From an uncultured Pseudomonadota bacterium (GTDB taxonomy: Bacteria; Bdellovibrionota_B; Oligoflexia; Oligoflexales; CAIMVM01): DNA of 64,000 nucleotides. The stretch is taken from assembly GCA_903844895.1 (NCBI GenBank), contig CAIMVM010000330.1:9255-73254 (forward strand), in the 5' to 3' direction. Numbering within the stretch: position 1 is the first letter of the stretch; each line of letters opens with the position of its first letter. The notes below the pieces were generated by a model. The model saw only the letters and a program-made list of their open reading frames with translations, had not been told where the DNA came from and searched no databases. Shown piece after piece: positions 29,382 through 38,621 of this stretch. The translations under genes and the position numbers were made by a program.

Positions 29382-30488
29382 TTGCCTAATTATAACACAA
29401 CTGTAGCTTCGATACTAATGTATCTGTTTTTTTCCCTTGAGGCAAAATCTGCAGAAATTGCTGATGTATCGGGACCTTCAGCCGTAGTTTTTGGTGACAG
29501 TATTGCCAGTGGTGCCGCCACTCATCCAGCTATGGAGTTTGATGGCGATGTTCTTTGGGAGATATTGAGTGGGCAAAAGTCCGTTTCTCCCCAAAAGGCA
29601 GATGTACCTTTTCTGGGTGATTTGGAATTAGATCCTCCCAGTGTCGTTCTTCCTACTCCATCTGAGGTTATGAATCATCCTCTGATTGCTTCGTCTGAAA
29701 TACTAATGCAGACCATAGGTAGTGTTTTTCTAAATACGGAGGAATATTCTTGGGGCTATCAAGTAGCTAGGAAACAAGGCGTTCCAGGGAAGAAGATTTT
29801 CTTTGCCTCCAGTAATGGGGCCCGTAGCGGGAACTTTTCCGTTCAAGTGCAGAGGTTTTTAAGTCTCTCTGGTGGAAAACTGCCAAAGTTTGTTTTTGTC
29901 ATGCTTACGGGAAATGACCTGTGCTCACCGTATGGCAATGGTGTTACTAGCCCTGAACTTTTTCATTCTAATATCGAAGCAGCAATTAAATTACTTGGGA
30001 GTGCTGTTCCCCATCCAGAGGGAACGCGGCTTATATTAGCCGGCATACTTCCCATCACCCAACTTTATCAGTCTGCTTCCATATTAGATAAAAAAGTAAA
30101 AGCCCATGGTAAAGAAGTGAGTTGTCGAGACTTGCGGGAATCAAGCTTTGCTCGACCAGAGGGGACTGCGGCTAAATATCTTATTCCTGCGCAATTCTCG
30201 CAAGTCTTTCCGCCAAATCCCAGTTTGATGTGTCCGAATCTCTTTGCGCCAGAAAAGCTAATGAAAGATCAGATTTCCGAAGTGGCTACGACGGCTAGTT
30301 TATATAGAGATAAGCTTGCAAGTATTGCTTTGGCCTCTTCAGGCAAGACGAAAGGGCTCAGCGTTGAGTATGTTGGAGAGCTCTCAAAGATTACCCTAGA
30401 CGCTGCAGATATCGCACAGGACTGTTTTCATCTCAGTGCTGTGGGGCATTCCAAAATAGCATCAAAAGTTATCGAAAGCATGCCTTAG
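29382..30488 (+). CDS. secreted SGNH/GDSL hydrolase (lipase/esterase)
   Basis: A TTG start lies 5 nt after an AGGAG and is followed by a signal peptide. Block I is FGDSIASG and block V is DCFHLS. Confidence 0.75.
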   Translation: MPNYNTTVASILMYLFFSLEAKSAEIADVSGPSAVVFGDSIASGAATHPAMEFDGDVLWEILSGQKSVSPQKADVPFLGDLELDPPSVVLPTPSEVMNHPLIASSEILMQTIGSVFLNTEEYSWGYQVARKQGVPGKKIFFASSNGARSGNFSVQVQRFLSLSGGKLPKFVFVMLTGNDLCSPYGNGVTSPELFHSNIEAAIKLLGSAVPHPEGTRLILAGILPITQLYQSASILDKKVKAHGKEVSCRDLRESSFARPEGTAAKYLIPAQFSQVFPPNPSLMCPNLFAPEKLMKDQISEVATTASLYRDKLASIALASSGKTKGLSVEYVGELSKITLDAADIAQDCFHLSAVGHSKIASKVIESMP

Positions 30489-30504
30489 CCTTTATCGGCT
30501 TTTT

Positions 30505-30564
30505 TTTGCTGCGTTTTTCTTTGCTGCGTCTATCTTTGCTACGTTTTTCTTTGCTGGCAGCATC
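30505..30564. repeat. 15-bp imperfect tandem repeat, 4 copies (TTTGCTGCGTTTTTC)
   Basis: Units at 30505, 30520, 30535 and 30550 were read directly. The array lies between convergent genes. Confidence 0.75.
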
Positions 30565-30694
30565 ATAAAGTTACAATTCCCTTAGATGTCGCTTGGATCA
30601 AGCTTAAAGACCAAAGTTTTCCGGATTTTGGTCCTTTGATTTGTCTTAAATGCAGATCTATCAAAAATACTATAACTGCATAAAATCGAAGAAG

Positions 30695-31186
30695 CTACTT
30701 GGGGAGTTCATACGCGTAATGCTTTACACCTTTAAACTGCCAAGCGGCTGTGCCAAATTGATTTTGACTGTTTTCGAGGGTAATAAATCCTTCAAGCCAA
30801 ATAGGACCTTGAAGTTCCTTGTTCTTGACGGGGTCTCTTGATTTCACTTCGACCATTAAATTCGCTGGCGGGGGAGGAACATGGACACAATAGGCCTGAT
30901 TGGGGACAAAGAGAAAGTGCGTAGACTCTTCTACATTGGCCTCAAGAGGTACAATAAAACCAGGTAACTTTACTGGTCCTGTCAGTTTTTTAGCGATGTC
31001 ATCTGGAAGTTTCCCTGTCTTTAGGTCAAGCTTTTGGAGGTCCATCCAGGTAAGTTCTACAATGGAGCCTTCACTATGACTGGAAGGAGATTTCTCTAGA
31101 TTCTGAGACTTCATAAAAGTCGGTATAAATGCCCCTAAAAAAATGAGGCTAACTCCACCGATCCCGATCCATATTTTCTTTTTCAA
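30695..31186 (-). CDS. DUF3299-domain protein (ZrgD-like)
   Basis: The VKLPGFIVPLE...HFLFVPNQAYCVHVPPPPAN block is the hallmark of DUF3299. Confidence 0.75.
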   Translation of the reverse strand: MKKKIWIGIGGVSLIFLGAFIPTFMKSQNLEKSPSSHSEGSIVELTWMDLQKLDLKTGKLPDDIAKKLTGPVKLPGFIVPLEANVEESTHFLFVPNQAYCVHVPPPPANLMVEVKSRDPVKNKELQGPIWLEGFITLENSQNQFGTAAWQFKGVKHYAYELPK

Positions 31187-31189
31187 GGT

Positions 31190-32446
31190 TTAGGTCCTTA
31201 TAGTTAGTCCGTCCGCAAGGGAATTTCTGTAGGCATTTAGAGCTGGAATCATTCCTGCCAACATACCCGAGAGAATAACAAAAACAAGAATCTTTACATC
31301 ATCTAGATTCATCTCAGTCAGATTTAAGTGGATCCCAAACTCTGAGGCAAGCCACGGCGACAAAAAAGACATAGCAAGGAGCAAAAAAAGGCTAGACAGC
31401 AGCGCTGCAAAGCTGACAAGTGCTGCTGTCTCTACTAGAAGGAGGAGCAATATGTCCCGAGGGCGAGCACCTAGAGCGCGCAGTATAGCCATCTCTCGCC
31501 GCCTCTCCGCAAGGGAGGAGAGTAAAGCTGTAACCATGCTAATCAGTCCGGAAAGTAGCACTAAATATGATACGGCTACAAAAGCGGTTTCTACGACGCC
31601 GACAATATTCCAAAGCTGCATAAAAGCAACTCCAGGCATCACGCCTTGTAGAGGCTCTTCAGAATATTCGTTAATGTACCTGAGAACCTTAAAAACCGCG
31701 GTTTTCTGTTTAAGGCCAATCATAGCCGAGGTGATTTGGTTGATGGCATAGGTTTCAGAAGTACTTGCCGCTTGAGCTTCGAGAGGCGGAGCGCCGCTTT
31801 CCCAGCCCCTATGAATAGCCTCAATCGCTTCCAGGCTCGTGTGAACGGTCCTATCCACAGGAGTGCCAGTCGGCTGTAAAATGCCTGTTACGACAAATTG
31901 CAACTCTTTATGTTCCTGAAAGCTAGCTTCACTTACACCATGGGAAAGGTAAATAGTTTTGCCCACCGGGTAGCTAAGTTTTTTTGCTACCTCAGAACCC
32001 AAGACAACTTCGTTAATTTGAGAAAATTTCTTACCAGCACTAAACTGAAGTGCTTGGCCTTTGCCGAACTTAAAATGTTCAAAATACGATAGGTTTGTAC
32101 CTAAAACACGAAAGCCTTTGTGGCTGTCTCCCAGTTGGAACGGAATGATCCAGTCTACTTCTGGTTGCGATGCTATATCTTGGTAACTTTGCCACGTAAT
32201 GTTATTGGTGGCATTTCCTATTCGAAAAACAGAGTAGAGCATAAGATTTATATCGCTTGATCTTGCGCCCAAGATAAGATCAACATCAGATATCGTAGAT
32301 TCAAAGCTGCTGCGAGCGGCATCTTTCATTTTTCTAACGGTTAATAGAATCGCAATAGAACAGGCGACGCTAAAAATAGTTAATGCCGAGGTGACTTTAC
32401 GGTTGAGCATGGATTTTAGGGTCAATCTAAAAATATTATTGAGCAT
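31190..32446 (-). CDS. ABC transporter permease, FtsX/MacB-type (ZrgC-like)
   Basis: 418 aa with an N-terminal TM span, a large periplasmic loop and a C-terminal FtsX-like 3-TM bundle (RRREMAILRALGA). Confidence 0.85.
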   Translation of the reverse strand: MLNNIFRLTLKSMLNRKVTSALTIFSVACSIAILLTVRKMKDAARSSFESTISDVDLILGARSSDINLMLYSVFRIGNATNNITWQSYQDIASQPEVDWIIPFQLGDSHKGFRVLGTNLSYFEHFKFGKGQALQFSAGKKFSQINEVVLGSEVAKKLSYPVGKTIYLSHGVSEASFQEHKELQFVVTGILQPTGTPVDRTVHTSLEAIEAIHRGWESGAPPLEAQAASTSETYAINQITSAMIGLKQKTAVFKVLRYINEYSEEPLQGVMPGVAFMQLWNIVGVVETAFVAVSYLVLLSGLISMVTALLSSLAERRREMAILRALGARPRDILLLLLVETAALVSFAALLSSLFLLLAMSFLSPWLASEFGIHLNLTEMNLDDVKILVFVILSGMLAGMIPALNAYRNSLADGLTIRT

Positions 32447-32449
32447 CGT

Positions 32450-33136
32450 TCACCGTCCTTTTTGATTAAGTGCGGGAAGATCGATTTTGCGATCAAACAA
32501 CTTGCTTAAACTATGGTCGTGGCTGACAAAGACTAGGGTCGAACCGCAGCTAGAGGCAAGCTCCTCCAAAACATCGATGAATTTGTCTCTCATATCTGCA
32601 TCTAAGGCAGAAGTCGGTTCATCTGCGATGACGATTTCAGGTGAGCCTATCATAGCCCGTGCAGCAGCCACCCGCTGCTGTTGACCAACGCTTAGCTCAT
32701 ATACTTTCTTTTTAAAGTGGCCTTCAGGAATGTCTAATCGGGACAGAAACATACGCGCCTCATCAGTGCTATTTGCAAGAGAACGCTGTTTGGAATTAGA
32801 AAATTTAAGCGGGAGCAAAACATTTTCTAGCACATTGAGATAAGGAATAAGGTTAAATTGTTGGAAAATAAAACCAATATGATCGGCGCGAAACTGATCG
32901 CGCGCCCCACTGCTTAGTTTTTTCATGTCTTGGCCAAGAATCACCAGAGAGCCAGAATCAGGAGAAATAACTCCGCCGAAGAGTCCTAACAAGGTTGTCT
33001 TCCCTGATCCGCTAGGTCCGTAAATAAAGACTTTTTCTCCCTTATGGATGGTAAGTTCATTAATGTCTATAACCAAAGGGAGGTCGGGTTTCCAACGAAA
33101 CTTAAGCTCTGAAAGCCTAATCAACGGCTCAGTCAT
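32450..33136 (-). CDS. ABC transporter ATP-binding protein (ZrgB-like)
   Basis: Has Walker A GPSGSGKTT, the signature LSVGQQQRV and Walker B IVIADEPT. Confidence 0.9.
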   Translation of the reverse strand: MTEPLIRLSELKFRWKPDLPLVIDINELTIHKGEKVFIYGPSGSGKTTLLGLFGGVISPDSGSLVILGQDMKKLSSGARDQFRADHIGFIFQQFNLIPYLNVLENVLLPLKFSNSKQRSLANSTDEARMFLSRLDIPEGHFKKKVYELSVGQQQRVAAARAMIGSPEIVIADEPTSALDADMRDKFIDVLEELASSCGSTLVFVSHDHSLSKLFDRKIDLPALNQKGR

Positions 33137-33194
33137 TTTTTTGCCTTCCTCATATTGTGGAGACCAAGACTGCGGAAATTAAATGCGACCTAGT

Positions 33195-33743
33195 CTACTT
33201 TTTTGACAAGGAAACTGTGGTTTTCTGTTCCGAGCGCTTGAGCGAAAGTGAGGTTTGTTTCCCTTGGTCTAATACTAGAAACTTTAAGGCGTTAATGTTT
33301 TTAAAGTTATTAAACCCCTCAACTTTAAGATTCTTCACAGGACTCTGGCAGCTCCATGATAGGTCAATATCTACTTCATAGTGGGTAATGGTTTTATCAA
33401 AAGTAGGATCCACAAAAACCTTTGGGTCCGCAATTTTACAGTCGGCATTTTCGGGGGCTACTAACTTTCCATCCTTAATGAGATCAAAGGCGCTTTTAAG
33501 TGCGGCACTCTCAGTCTCGTTATGGGGCGCTCTTTCAAAGCCCGCTATGTCATCCATGGGCAGGGAGCCGGTTATGGAAAACTTATTTCCAGATGCGACA
33601 ATGTTTAGCTCAGAACTGCCGTGAACGTGCGCCGCGGCTTTTCTTAGAGTCTTTTTCTTTTTGGAGTCTGTTTTTTCGGCTGCAACGGATAGGTGGGAGC
33701 AGGCTAGTATTAGGATTGCGAAATAAAAAGTTAGTGAATTCAT
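33195..33743 (-). CDS. DUF2796-domain periplasmic metal-binding protein (ZrgA-like)
   Basis: Has a signal peptide. The AAHVHGSSELNIV, GFERAPHNETE, ADCKI and HYEVDIDLSWSC pattern matches DUF2796 as I recall it. Confidence 0.7.
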   Translation of the reverse strand: MNSLTFYFAILILACSHLSVAAEKTDSKKKKTLRKAAAHVHGSSELNIVASGNKFSITGSLPMDDIAGFERAPHNETESAALKSAFDLIKDGKLVAPENADCKIADPKVFVDPTFDKTITHYEVDIDLSWSCQSPVKNLKVEGFNNFKNINALKFLVLDQGKQTSLSLKRSEQKTTVSLSKK

Positions 33744-33756
33744 GTCAATTTTCCCT

Positions 33757-33794
33757 CAAATTATAAACATTTGGGGTAATGGGAACATAATTTG
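33757..33794 (-). promoter_or_regulatory. candidate promoter/operator of the zrg-like operon
   Basis: On the minus strand there is a perfect TATAAT (plus-strand 33760-33765) about 20 nt upstream of a GAGGGA SD. An 8-bp inverted repeat, CAAATTAT (33757-33764) / ATAATTTG (33787-33794), brackets it. A Zur-type role is inference only. Confidence 0.3.
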
Positions 33795-33874
33795 CGAATA
33801 AGATCAATTTTAAAAAGGCAGCAAAGAACGTGTAGACATTTGGGCGAAGACATTATAGTATCCCTGTCTCTCAA

Positions 33875-33961
33875 GCCGAGATGGCGGAATGGTAGACGCA
33901 GTGGATTCAAAATCCACCGTTGCTTGGCAATGTGCGAGTTCGAGTCTCGCTCTCGGCACCA
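33875..33961 (+). tRNA. tRNA-Leu (anticodon CAA), CCA encoded
   Basis: The cloverleaf was read by hand. The acceptor stem is GCCGAGA/TCTCGGC, the anticodon stem GTGGA/TCCAC carries a TTCAAAA loop, there is a long variable arm, the T-arm is GCGAGTTCGAGTCTCGC, and the 3' end is ACCA. Confidence 0.95.
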
Positions 33962-34075
33962 GTATTTGAAGCCCTATTTAATTTTCAAATAGGTCATGAT
34001 TTGATCGATTCCTTTAACCCGTTTATGACGAGCCTCTATGACGGCGCTACGAGCGGTCAAGCATAAAACGTTAAG

Positions 34076-34681
34076 ATGCGAGAGGTGGAGTTGGAATATC
34101 ATACTGATCGCCAATTGGTATTGGGTTGGCTTAGAAATTTTAAAGGTCTCACCTCAGTTTTAGTCCTTGTCATGATTCTTCTGAATTTTTTAACAGAAAA
34201 TCGTGGGCTTTTTGCGGCACAGCTTGCCGATCCATTTATAGAAATTATGGCTTTTGATATTCGAGCCCCTTTCCGCTACTTTGGCTTAAACTTTTTCACC
34301 TCGGCTTTTGTTCATTCTAGTACTTTACACATGGTCTCTAATCTTTTTTGGCTACTAGGTTTTGGACTGTACTTGGAGCATGCAAGAAGCAAGGCTAAGA
34401 TGCTTCAAATCTTTTGTATGGGACATGTCCTCGGAATTCTTTTAGTCTTTTTTTCCAAAACAAATCCCGATATACATTTTATTTTGGGGTCTAGTTCCGC
34501 CACACTAGCAATACTTGGTTATGGCATCATTGCCATTCGAAAGGCCTTTTTTTACTTTGTCGGAATGCTTGTTTATTTCGCTTTTATCTTTTATGGAGAT
34601 ACGAGCCATGCCCATTTGCTTCCCTTTTTTGTCGGCATGCTCATGAGTGGTATAGATAATCGCAAAATTGGTAAAGCTTGA
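34076..34681 (+). CDS. rhomboid family intramembrane serine protease
   Basis: Polytopic membrane protein with FTSAFVHSSTLHMVSNLFWLLGFG..E and a GSSSATLAILG block (GxSx catalytic Ser context), plus a later His-containing helix. Confidence 0.7.
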   Translation: MREVELEYHTDRQLVLGWLRNFKGLTSVLVLVMILLNFLTENRGLFAAQLADPFIEIMAFDIRAPFRYFGLNFFTSAFVHSSTLHMVSNLFWLLGFGLYLEHARSKAKMLQIFCMGHVLGILLVFFSKTNPDIHFILGSSSATLAILGYGIIAIRKAFFYFVGMLVYFAFIFYGDTSHAHLLPFFVGMLMSGIDNRKIGKA

Positions 34682-34726
34682 TGTCGACTCCCTAAACTTC
34701 GGTGGGAAGGCTATTCAGGCCGGTCT

Positions 34727-34743
34727 CCCCCCCCCAAAAAAAA
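34727..34743. repeat. C9 followed by A8 homopolymer tracts
   Basis: Counted directly: C at 34727-34735 and A at 34736-34743. The tracts lie between the convergent rhomboid and propeller genes. Confidence 0.95.
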
Positions 34744-34870
34744 CAATTACAGTGTAGGTAGAAATTGGCAAGATTTTCTGCCCTACTGACTTTTTGTGGA
34801 TATAGAGGGACAAGTCAGAATGCGACGCAGCATATTGTAGAAAAGTCTTTTTGATACTTACTTTAACGAG

Positions 34871-36316
34871 TTAATTTACTTTGAACAGTGACGTATGACC
34901 ATCAATGTCGCCGACGGCAATAGCATTTCCTTTGACAGCTGAGGCGCCATAAATGGTTTTCCATTCAGGTTTGGTGAAGTTTGTGATTTTTGTGCCCGTT
35001 TTAAAATCGATGAGCCATAATCCGCGATCCTTAGAGCTGTAGGCTAGAGCATTAACCATGGGCAAGTATGTGGGAGAGCTGAAACTTTTGCCTTTGGTTT
35101 CTACATCAAAACACCACGAGACTACGCGGCTGGTTAAATCGAGACTGCAGACCCTTCCATTACTTCCCGTTGAGATTAGGGAGTTGCCTATAATAATGGG
35201 AATGCCAGTTTGTGGTTCATTCAAATTAAATGCATGAGTTGGCGAGCCATCCTTTTGGTTATAACAATATACCCCTCCAATACCAGAGGTAAAATATACT
35301 TCACCGAAAACAAAGCAAACGGAGTCATTCCATGCAACTGGGCTCATCCAGCTAGAAGCTGGTAGTTCGTTTTGCCAAAGCTTTTTTCCGGTAGAGAAGT
35401 CATAGGCCGTCGCGAAGCTTTTAAATTTTTCGCTGTTTCCTTTATCTCGACCAGTTCCTGCAAACACCTTGTCATTTAGGGGGAGAACCGACGCATCGAT
35501 GTGGCCGTCGTTCGCTTGCCACTTTACTGTCATGGCGTTGGGATCTACGGCATGGATTCCGTCGGATCCAGAAACAACAAACAATGTCTTTTCGCTGCCC
35601 CATTTGCCAATAACAGGTTGACCTTCCGTATGACCCTTTGTTCCGTAATATCCTCGCAGCATACCTGTCTTAAGGTCAAATGCATAGACCCGAGCATGAT
35701 GGGTGTTGTGGGTGCCTTCGCCGACATATAGCGTGGAATCATCGATAGTCAGTTCGGGTGTTATGTAGGTTCCGACAAAAAACTTCCGCAGGATTTCACC
35801 TGTAGCCTCTGAAAGCTCAAAAACGTGCCCATCGTCAGTGCCATAGAAAATACTACCACCGCTAAATACGGGAGATCTAAAGTTTCCCTTAGGAAGCTTC
35901 GCTGACCAAATCTCCTTTAAGTCCTTAAAGGCTTCAGGACTGCTTGCTTGGATAAAATTTAACGGAACTTGATTCCGATCTCCGTATATTTGAGAGGATG
36001 GTTTAGCCAACTTCTTTTGTGCACCTTCTATCGTCCATATAAATCTTGGTAGATTCTTATAGTAGTCATATCCTTTGACTCCGCCTAGAATAAGCAAATT
36101 AAGAGCAAGTCCAGTAAGAAGTACTTTAGGTTTTAAAAGGACTTCTAATAATCTTTTGGGTCCCTCTGTACTGAGAGAAATTCCAAAGAGGCCAGCGATA
36201 AAAGAAGCAGCAATGCTTAAAAGAACGCTTACCGCGGTGAGAGGGATCATCACCGTAGGAATAATAAGATTATAAAACTCGTTAGGATTCAATTGAAATT
36301 CTACCATTATTTCCAT
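34871..36316 (-). CDS. membrane-anchored PQQ-like (BamB/YfgL-type) beta-propeller repeat protein
   Basis: Has about three N-terminal hydrophobic spans, then repeated G..Y.G..DG.V.A.D..TG..W-type blades. The start (36316, or 36307) overlaps the end of the upstream gene by 26-35 nt. Confidence 0.75.
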   Translation of the reverse strand: MEIMVEFQLNPNEFYNLIIPTVMIPLTAVSVLLSIAASFIAGLFGISLSTEGPKRLLEVLLKPKVLLTGLALNLLILGGVKGYDYYKNLPRFIWTIEGAQKKLAKPSSQIYGDRNQVPLNFIQASSPEAFKDLKEIWSAKLPKGNFRSPVFSGGSIFYGTDDGHVFELSEATGEILRKFFVGTYITPELTIDDSTLYVGEGTHNTHHARVYAFDLKTGMLRGYYGTKGHTEGQPVIGKWGSEKTLFVVSGSDGIHAVDPNAMTVKWQANDGHIDASVLPLNDKVFAGTGRDKGNSEKFKSFATAYDFSTGKKLWQNELPASSWMSPVAWNDSVCFVFGEVYFTSGIGGVYCYNQKDGSPTHAFNLNEPQTGIPIIIGNSLISTGSNGRVCSLDLTSRVVSWCFDVETKGKSFSSPTYLPMVNALAYSSKDRGLWLIDFKTGTKITNFTKPEWKTIYGASAVKGNAIAVGDIDGHTSLFKVN

Positions 36317-38621
36317 CCACCCAGACGCGATCGCCCGTTTTTAAAGTTCTGTGACATTGTCTAATTCTGCTAACTGCTGGGATATTCATTTCCCTAGCTA
36401 CTATGGCGCAATGGGATAAGACGCCGCCCTTGTCTACTATAATGCCCTTCGCTCGAGCAAATAAGGGCGTCCAACCGGGGTCGGTGGCTTCCGCTACTAA
36501 AACGGCATTTTCAGGCCAACTAGAAGGATCAGCAGCCGTCGGATTTTCAACGACTACCACGCTACCAAAGACCAAACCAGGGCTTAAAGCTTCTCCGTCG
36601 AAATACTTTCGATCTTCTGTGTTTTCACCTTTAATCAAGCCTTCAATTTCAGAGACAGAAACAAACTCAGGAAGTGAGAAATGTTTAAAGACTTCAAATC
36701 GCATTTTTCGACCGTCTATTTTTGCCGTCATTTCAGGGTCAATATTGCCTTTTCCAGTGAGAGGCAGGGATTCGATTTCACTCAATCTGAGCCAATGTAT
36801 ATCGGCTCCAAGTTTGGTTCTAACTCCGAGTTCGGAAGCCATATAACGAATCTGGGCATAAGGCTTTAAGAGTTCCATTTTCCATTTTTCTCGAAGTTCT
36901 AACATGGTCTTAAGTAGCCGCCACTCTTGCATAATGATGTCGCGTTTAAAGGACTTTAGCCTACTGATTTCATCAGAAACAGGATCTAGATTTTCGGATT
37001 TTTCCGCCAAGCTTTTACTTGTGAGATTGTAAAAGGCAGATTCGGAAAGCTCAATCCATCTTGGGTTTGCAAGATCCAGCTCACCTGGGCCACGGTGCCC
37101 AAACTTAGACATAAAAAATGGTCTTTTTAGTGGATCCATACACGCTTCTTGAAACGTGCGATTCATTTCAGAAGTTATAGTTTGTAAGCCCTGTCCCATC
37201 CATCTGCGAATCATTTTTTGAGCTTCCTTTTCTCCGACAATAGATTTTAAAATCGAAGAAATGGTTTGCATGGTAGATTCGGTCAAAATTATAAGTACAA
37301 GGGGCCAATGAAGGTCTTCTTTGGAAAAACGCGAACATTCTTTAGAGAAGGTGTCTTGAAGAAGGCTGTCATTCCATGCGGAATATATATCTGGAGAAGG
37401 ACTTGCTGCTCTCTGAGAACTGAACTGCACGAGCTCCGTTGCGCAGGTTTTAAGCCACTCACTTCGTTTGGAGGAAAGGCTAAAGCCTACCTTTATCATA
37501 TTAAACATGCTTACTGGGGTAAACAGAACGGTCTGTAGATTCAGTTTTTTAAAATCAAATTTTAAATGGGGTCTAGGCTTCGTCACGATGCTGAAGGGAA
37601 TAGGCCCAAAGTAGAGTTCACTCATTTTTTCTAAATTGACATAGGCGCGGCCAAAAACTCGCTCGAGAAGGGAATCTTTGGGGGAATAGGTTTTTTTGTT
37701 TGTAAAACTGCGGTAACCCAAAGTCTTTAAGGAGTTTCCAAAAGCATTGTGTGGCGAAAATGCATTTCTCCATAAACTGAAGGTCAGGTAGCTAGGGAAT
37801 CCGGTCCATTCCGCGAAAGTCTGACCATCCCATGTCGGATTGTCGGGATAATCTTCTTTCAATCTTTGGAGTTCTGCTTCTACCACTTTTACCTGATTCG
37901 ATAAACTTCTTAAAGCGGTAACGGGCCTCGCTTGAAGGAGTTTTACTTCTAAGTTTTGATCGAGGGCCCACTCCATATCGACTTCATAATTTAAAACGTT
38001 CTTTACCCGTTCACCCAGATGTAAAACCTTTTCAAAATTGAAAGTGTCTAGGCCCGGAACCGTTACCCCTGCGCGATTTTCAGAGGTGATGAAGTAAGGT
38101 GTTTTGCGGCCTGAAACAAGGTCCTCACCTAGTCCTTCAATAAGTTCAATAATCCAAGTGCTTGAGTTTGCACGTGGGTCCCTTGAAAAAAAGACGCCTG
38201 AAAATTTAGGCTTCACCATAAGTTGGATGACAACATTCATTTGTGCGCCACCGCTAGGTTTTTGGTCAAAAAAATGTCTATAGGTTTTAGAAGCCTCTCC
38301 GTGGATGGATTCAAAACAACGTTCTACAGATTCTTTAAGATCGGCCTCACTTTGAATATTCAGAAAGGATTGATTCTGACCAGCATAGCTATGCTCATCA
38401 CTATCTTCTCCAATTGCCGAGCTGCGCACAGCCAAGGGCTCTTGGCGACACCTCGTCCACCAAGCCAAGAGCTCAGTCCACTCCGTAGGGCTTGGCTTTG
38501 ACGTCAAAATACCGCCTTGGGGAACAGGGAAGCCTTTTTTTGTTAATAGCCCTAAAATATATCCTTTGCCGCCAAGAGATTCTTGGGCGTCAGGCACCTG
38601 GTCAAACAAGATAAATGGCAT
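36282..38621 (-). CDS. PEP/pyruvate-binding (PPDK_N ATP-grasp) plus PEP-utilising mobile His-domain enzyme; PEP synthase / rifampicin-phosphotransferase-like architecture
   Basis: The N-terminus has GGKGYILGLL...GFPVPQG, typical of the PPDK_N nucleotide-binding domain. The C-terminus has the swivel motif GGVLSHCAIVAREMNIPAV. No C-terminal PEP/pyruvate TIM-barrel is present. Confidence 0.8.
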   Translation of the reverse strand: MPFILFDQVPDAQESLGGKGYILGLLTKKGFPVPQGGILTSKPSPTEWTELLAWWTRCRQEPLAVRSSAIGEDSDEHSYAGQNQSFLNIQSEADLKESVERCFESIHGEASKTYRHFFDQKPSGGAQMNVVIQLMVKPKFSGVFFSRDPRANSSTWIIELIEGLGEDLVSGRKTPYFITSENRAGVTVPGLDTFNFEKVLHLGERVKNVLNYEVDMEWALDQNLEVKLLQARPVTALRSLSNQVKVVEAELQRLKEDYPDNPTWDGQTFAEWTGFPSYLTFSLWRNAFSPHNAFGNSLKTLGYRSFTNKKTYSPKDSLLERVFGRAYVNLEKMSELYFGPIPFSIVTKPRPHLKFDFKKLNLQTVLFTPVSMFNMIKVGFSLSSKRSEWLKTCATELVQFSSQRAASPSPDIYSAWNDSLLQDTFSKECSRFSKEDLHWPLVLIILTESTMQTISSILKSIVGEKEAQKMIRRWMGQGLQTITSEMNRTFQEACMDPLKRPFFMSKFGHRGPGELDLANPRWIELSESAFYNLTSKSLAEKSENLDPVSDEISRLKSFKRDIIMQEWRLLKTMLELREKWKMELLKPYAQIRYMASELGVRTKLGADIHWLRLSEIESLPLTGKGNIDPEMTAKIDGRKMRFEVFKHFSLPEFVSVSEIEGLIKGENTEDRKYFDGEALSPGLVFGSVVVVENPTAADPSSWPENAVLVAEATDPGWTPLFARAKGIIVDKGGVLSHCAIVAREMNIPAVSRIRQCHRTLKTGDRVWVDGNNGRISIES

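Noticed and set aside
33792-33992. 66-aa ORF overlapping tRNA-Leu.
   Set aside because: The interval is fully explained by a canonical 87-nt tRNA cloverleaf.
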